NCBI GenBank assembly: GCA_046757665.1
Contig: JBHHYO010000053.1
Location: 1 to 18,928, forward strand
Length of the DNA stretch: 18,928 bases
Reading direction: 5' to 3'
DNA from: Nitrospinales bacterium
GTDB taxonomy: Bacteria; Nitrospinota; Nitrospinia; Nitrospinales; JAJDAT01
The notes under the pieces were generated by a model. It ran no database searches. It was not told the origin of the DNA and was given only the letters and a program-made list of their open reading frames with translations. Every line of letters begins with the position of its first letter. The first letter of the stretch is position 1. Positions 17,350 to 18,928 of the stretch are shown here, in pieces. The position numbers and the translations under genes were made by a program.

Positions 17350-18113
17350 CCATGAAAAATAAAATGAAATGGTTCTTGCTGTGCTTGCCGATGTTGGTTG
17401 TTGTGCTCGGTCGCCCCGCGGCGGCTCTGGAAATCGACGCTAACGAATTACTGAGGGCCATCGACGATAATTTGTGGTCGAGCACGAAAATCGTCAACGG
17501 CAGGCTGATTATCGACAACGGCCGCCGGGTGCGAACGCTGGAAGTGGACACCTGGCTGGAGGGCACGGAAAAATCGTACAGCTATTACAAATCCCCGGCG
17601 CGCGAGCGCGGCACGCAAATGCTCAAACTGTTTCGCAAATTGTGGCTGTACACGCCGCGCACCGACCGCAAAATCCTGATCGCCGGACACCTCTTGCGCC
17701 AGTCCATGATGGGCAGTGACCTGTCCTACGAGGACATGATGGAGGACCGGAAACTCAGCCGATCCTACACCGCGACAATCGAAAAGAACGAGGAAATTGA
17801 CGGCGTGAAAAGCCTGGTGCTGTTTCTCGAAGCGAAGGATAAAACGATCACCTACCAGACCCGCAGACTGTGGACGGACCCCGTCCGCAAAATCGCCCTG
17901 CGCGAGGAACGCTACGCCAAAAGCGGCAAGTTGCTTAAAAAGGTGGAACTGCTGGGGTACCACCGCATCCAGGACCGGCTGTTTCCCAGGGAAATGATTT
18001 TCCGCGACGTGTTGAAGAACAATACCAAAACCACTTACGCTTTCGACAAAATTCAGTTCAACGTCAAGGTTCCCAAAAAATACTTCTCGCAGAAAATCCT
18101 GCAACGACGGTGA
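17346..18113 (+). CDS. Periplasmic LolA-like (outer membrane lipoprotein-sorting) protein
   Basis: Start placed at ATG 17346 (ATGA overlap; 17352 also possible). Signal peptide ends PAAA. Family motifs: KSPARERGTQML, LWLYTP, SMMGSDLSYEDM, ERYAKSGKLLK, and C-terminal FNVKVPKKYFS..L. Confidence 0.85.
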   Translation: MTMKNKMKWFLLCLPMLVVVLGRPAAALEIDANELLRAIDDNLWSSTKIVNGRLIIDNGRRVRTLEVDTWLEGTEKSYSYYKSPARERGTQMLKLFRKLWLYTPRTDRKILIAGHLLRQSMMGSDLSYEDMMEDRKLSRSYTATIEKNEEIDGVKSLVLFLEAKDKTITYQTRRLWTDPVRKIALREERYAKSGKLLKKVELLGYHRIQDRLFPREMIFRDVLKNNTKTTYAFDKIQFNVKVPKKYFSQKILQRR

Positions 18114-18143
18114 GCGGCGGGGGGATAGCGAACTATTTTTTAC

Positions 18144-18170
18144 TTGACGGCATAGCGTATATGCTATAAT
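18144..18170 (+). promoter_or_regulatory. Promoter and operator of the RelE/HigB-HTH TA pair
   Basis: Extended -10 TG-c-TATAAT (18162-18170), TTGACG at 18144-18149 (short 15-nt spacer), and the near-perfect palindrome ATAGCGTATATGCTAT (18152-18167). Confidence 0.65.
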
Positions 18171-18178
18171 TATAAGGC

Positions 18179-18505
18179 ATGAATTGGATCGTTGAAACGC
18201 TCAACGAAACGGTAGACCGAGAGCTTGAAGCCTTGCCCGTGGATATGCGTGCGCGGTTCAGCCGTGTGGTTTCTCTAATCGAAAACTTTGGGCTAAATCG
18301 GGTTGGTCAACCGCATGTAGGGCATCTGGAAGGATCTCTTTGGGAAATCCGATTGACAGGCAAAACCGGTATTTCACGAGCGCTCTACGTGACAGCCACA
18401 GGCCGCCGCGTTGTAGTTGTTCGTGTGTTTGTGAAGAAGACCCGGAAGACCCCGCGCCGTGAAATACAAATCGCTCTTGAGAGAGCCAGGGAGGTAATGG
18501 AATGA
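18179..18505 (+). CDS. RelE/HigB-like type II toxin (Gp49-like family)
   Basis: 108 aa: ELEALP..MRARF, PHVGHLEGSLWEIRL, ISRALY, VVVRVFVKKTRKTPRREIQIALER. Toxin-first arrangement. Confidence 0.88.
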   Translation: MNWIVETLNETVDRELEALPVDMRARFSRVVSLIENFGLNRVGQPHVGHLEGSLWEIRLTGKTGISRALYVTATGRRVVVVRVFVKKTRKTPRREIQIALERAREVME

Positions 18506-18795
18506 CCAAGGCCAATGCGTTGCATAAAAAGTGGATGAAGGATTCAAAGTATCGGGCTGAATACGACAAGCTTGCGTCCGAGTTCGAGCTTGCCCACGTC
18601 CTCATCGAGGCGCGCATGACGGCGGGCCTCACCCAGGCGCAACTGGCGCGCCGCATGAAAACCACCCAGTCCGTGATCGCCCGGCTCGAAAGCGGCCGCA
18701 CCCATCCCTCGACCAAAACCCTCGAACGCCTCGCAAAGGCAACGGGCACACGCCTGCAAATCAATTTCGAACCCCTGCGCGCAAGCCGCGCTTAG
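18502..18795 (+). CDS. XRE-family HTH antitoxin (HigA-like)
   Basis: ATGA overlap with the toxin; LIEARMTAGLTQAQLARRMKTTQSVIARLESG..PSTKTLERLAKA HTH. Confidence 0.88.
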   Translation: MTKANALHKKWMKDSKYRAEYDKLASEFELAHVLIEARMTAGLTQAQLARRMKTTQSVIARLESGRTHPSTKTLERLAKATGTRLQINFEPLRASRA

Positions 18796-18928
18796 GTTTC
18801 GGAAATATAATCATAAAAATCGTATGCCGTTACGTTGTCGATAAAGTAAATGGAGATTCGTGTGTCGAATAGTTCTAACAGGTTGCTGAAAAACTCATGA
18901 TTTTTAGAAATTCTTATCCTGCTGATAA

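Overview
Bacterial chromosomal window with mostly ordinary GC-rich coding sequence. The cytochrome and cupredoxin gene content would fit a Nitrospina/Nitrospira-like organism, but this is only an inference. From left to right: the end of an unknown CDS; a hicAB toxin-antitoxin pair; tRNA-Pro(CGG) on the minus strand with its terminator; a manC-type mannose-1-phosphate guanylyltransferase; a ZIP metal transporter; and a heterodimeric ABC exporter (MdlAB/YheIH type). Next is a block of four secreted proteins: an unknown protein of eight PxDV(Y/F)-capped helical repeats, a three-domain tri-heme cytochrome c, a protein with an amicyanin-like type-1 copper motif, and a CxxC redoxin. An MDR oxidoreductase follows. 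Then comes a tightly coupled five-gene envelope operon: putative outer-membrane beta-barrel, LolD-like ATPase, two LolC/E-like permeases and a LolA-like protein. The window ends with a toxin-first RelE/HigB-HTH pair and a possible IS end. The best candidates for an undescribed system are the Lol-like trans-envelope operon with its own beta-barrel and the periplasmic heme/copper/thiol redox block. No CRISPR array, integrase or transposase is visible.
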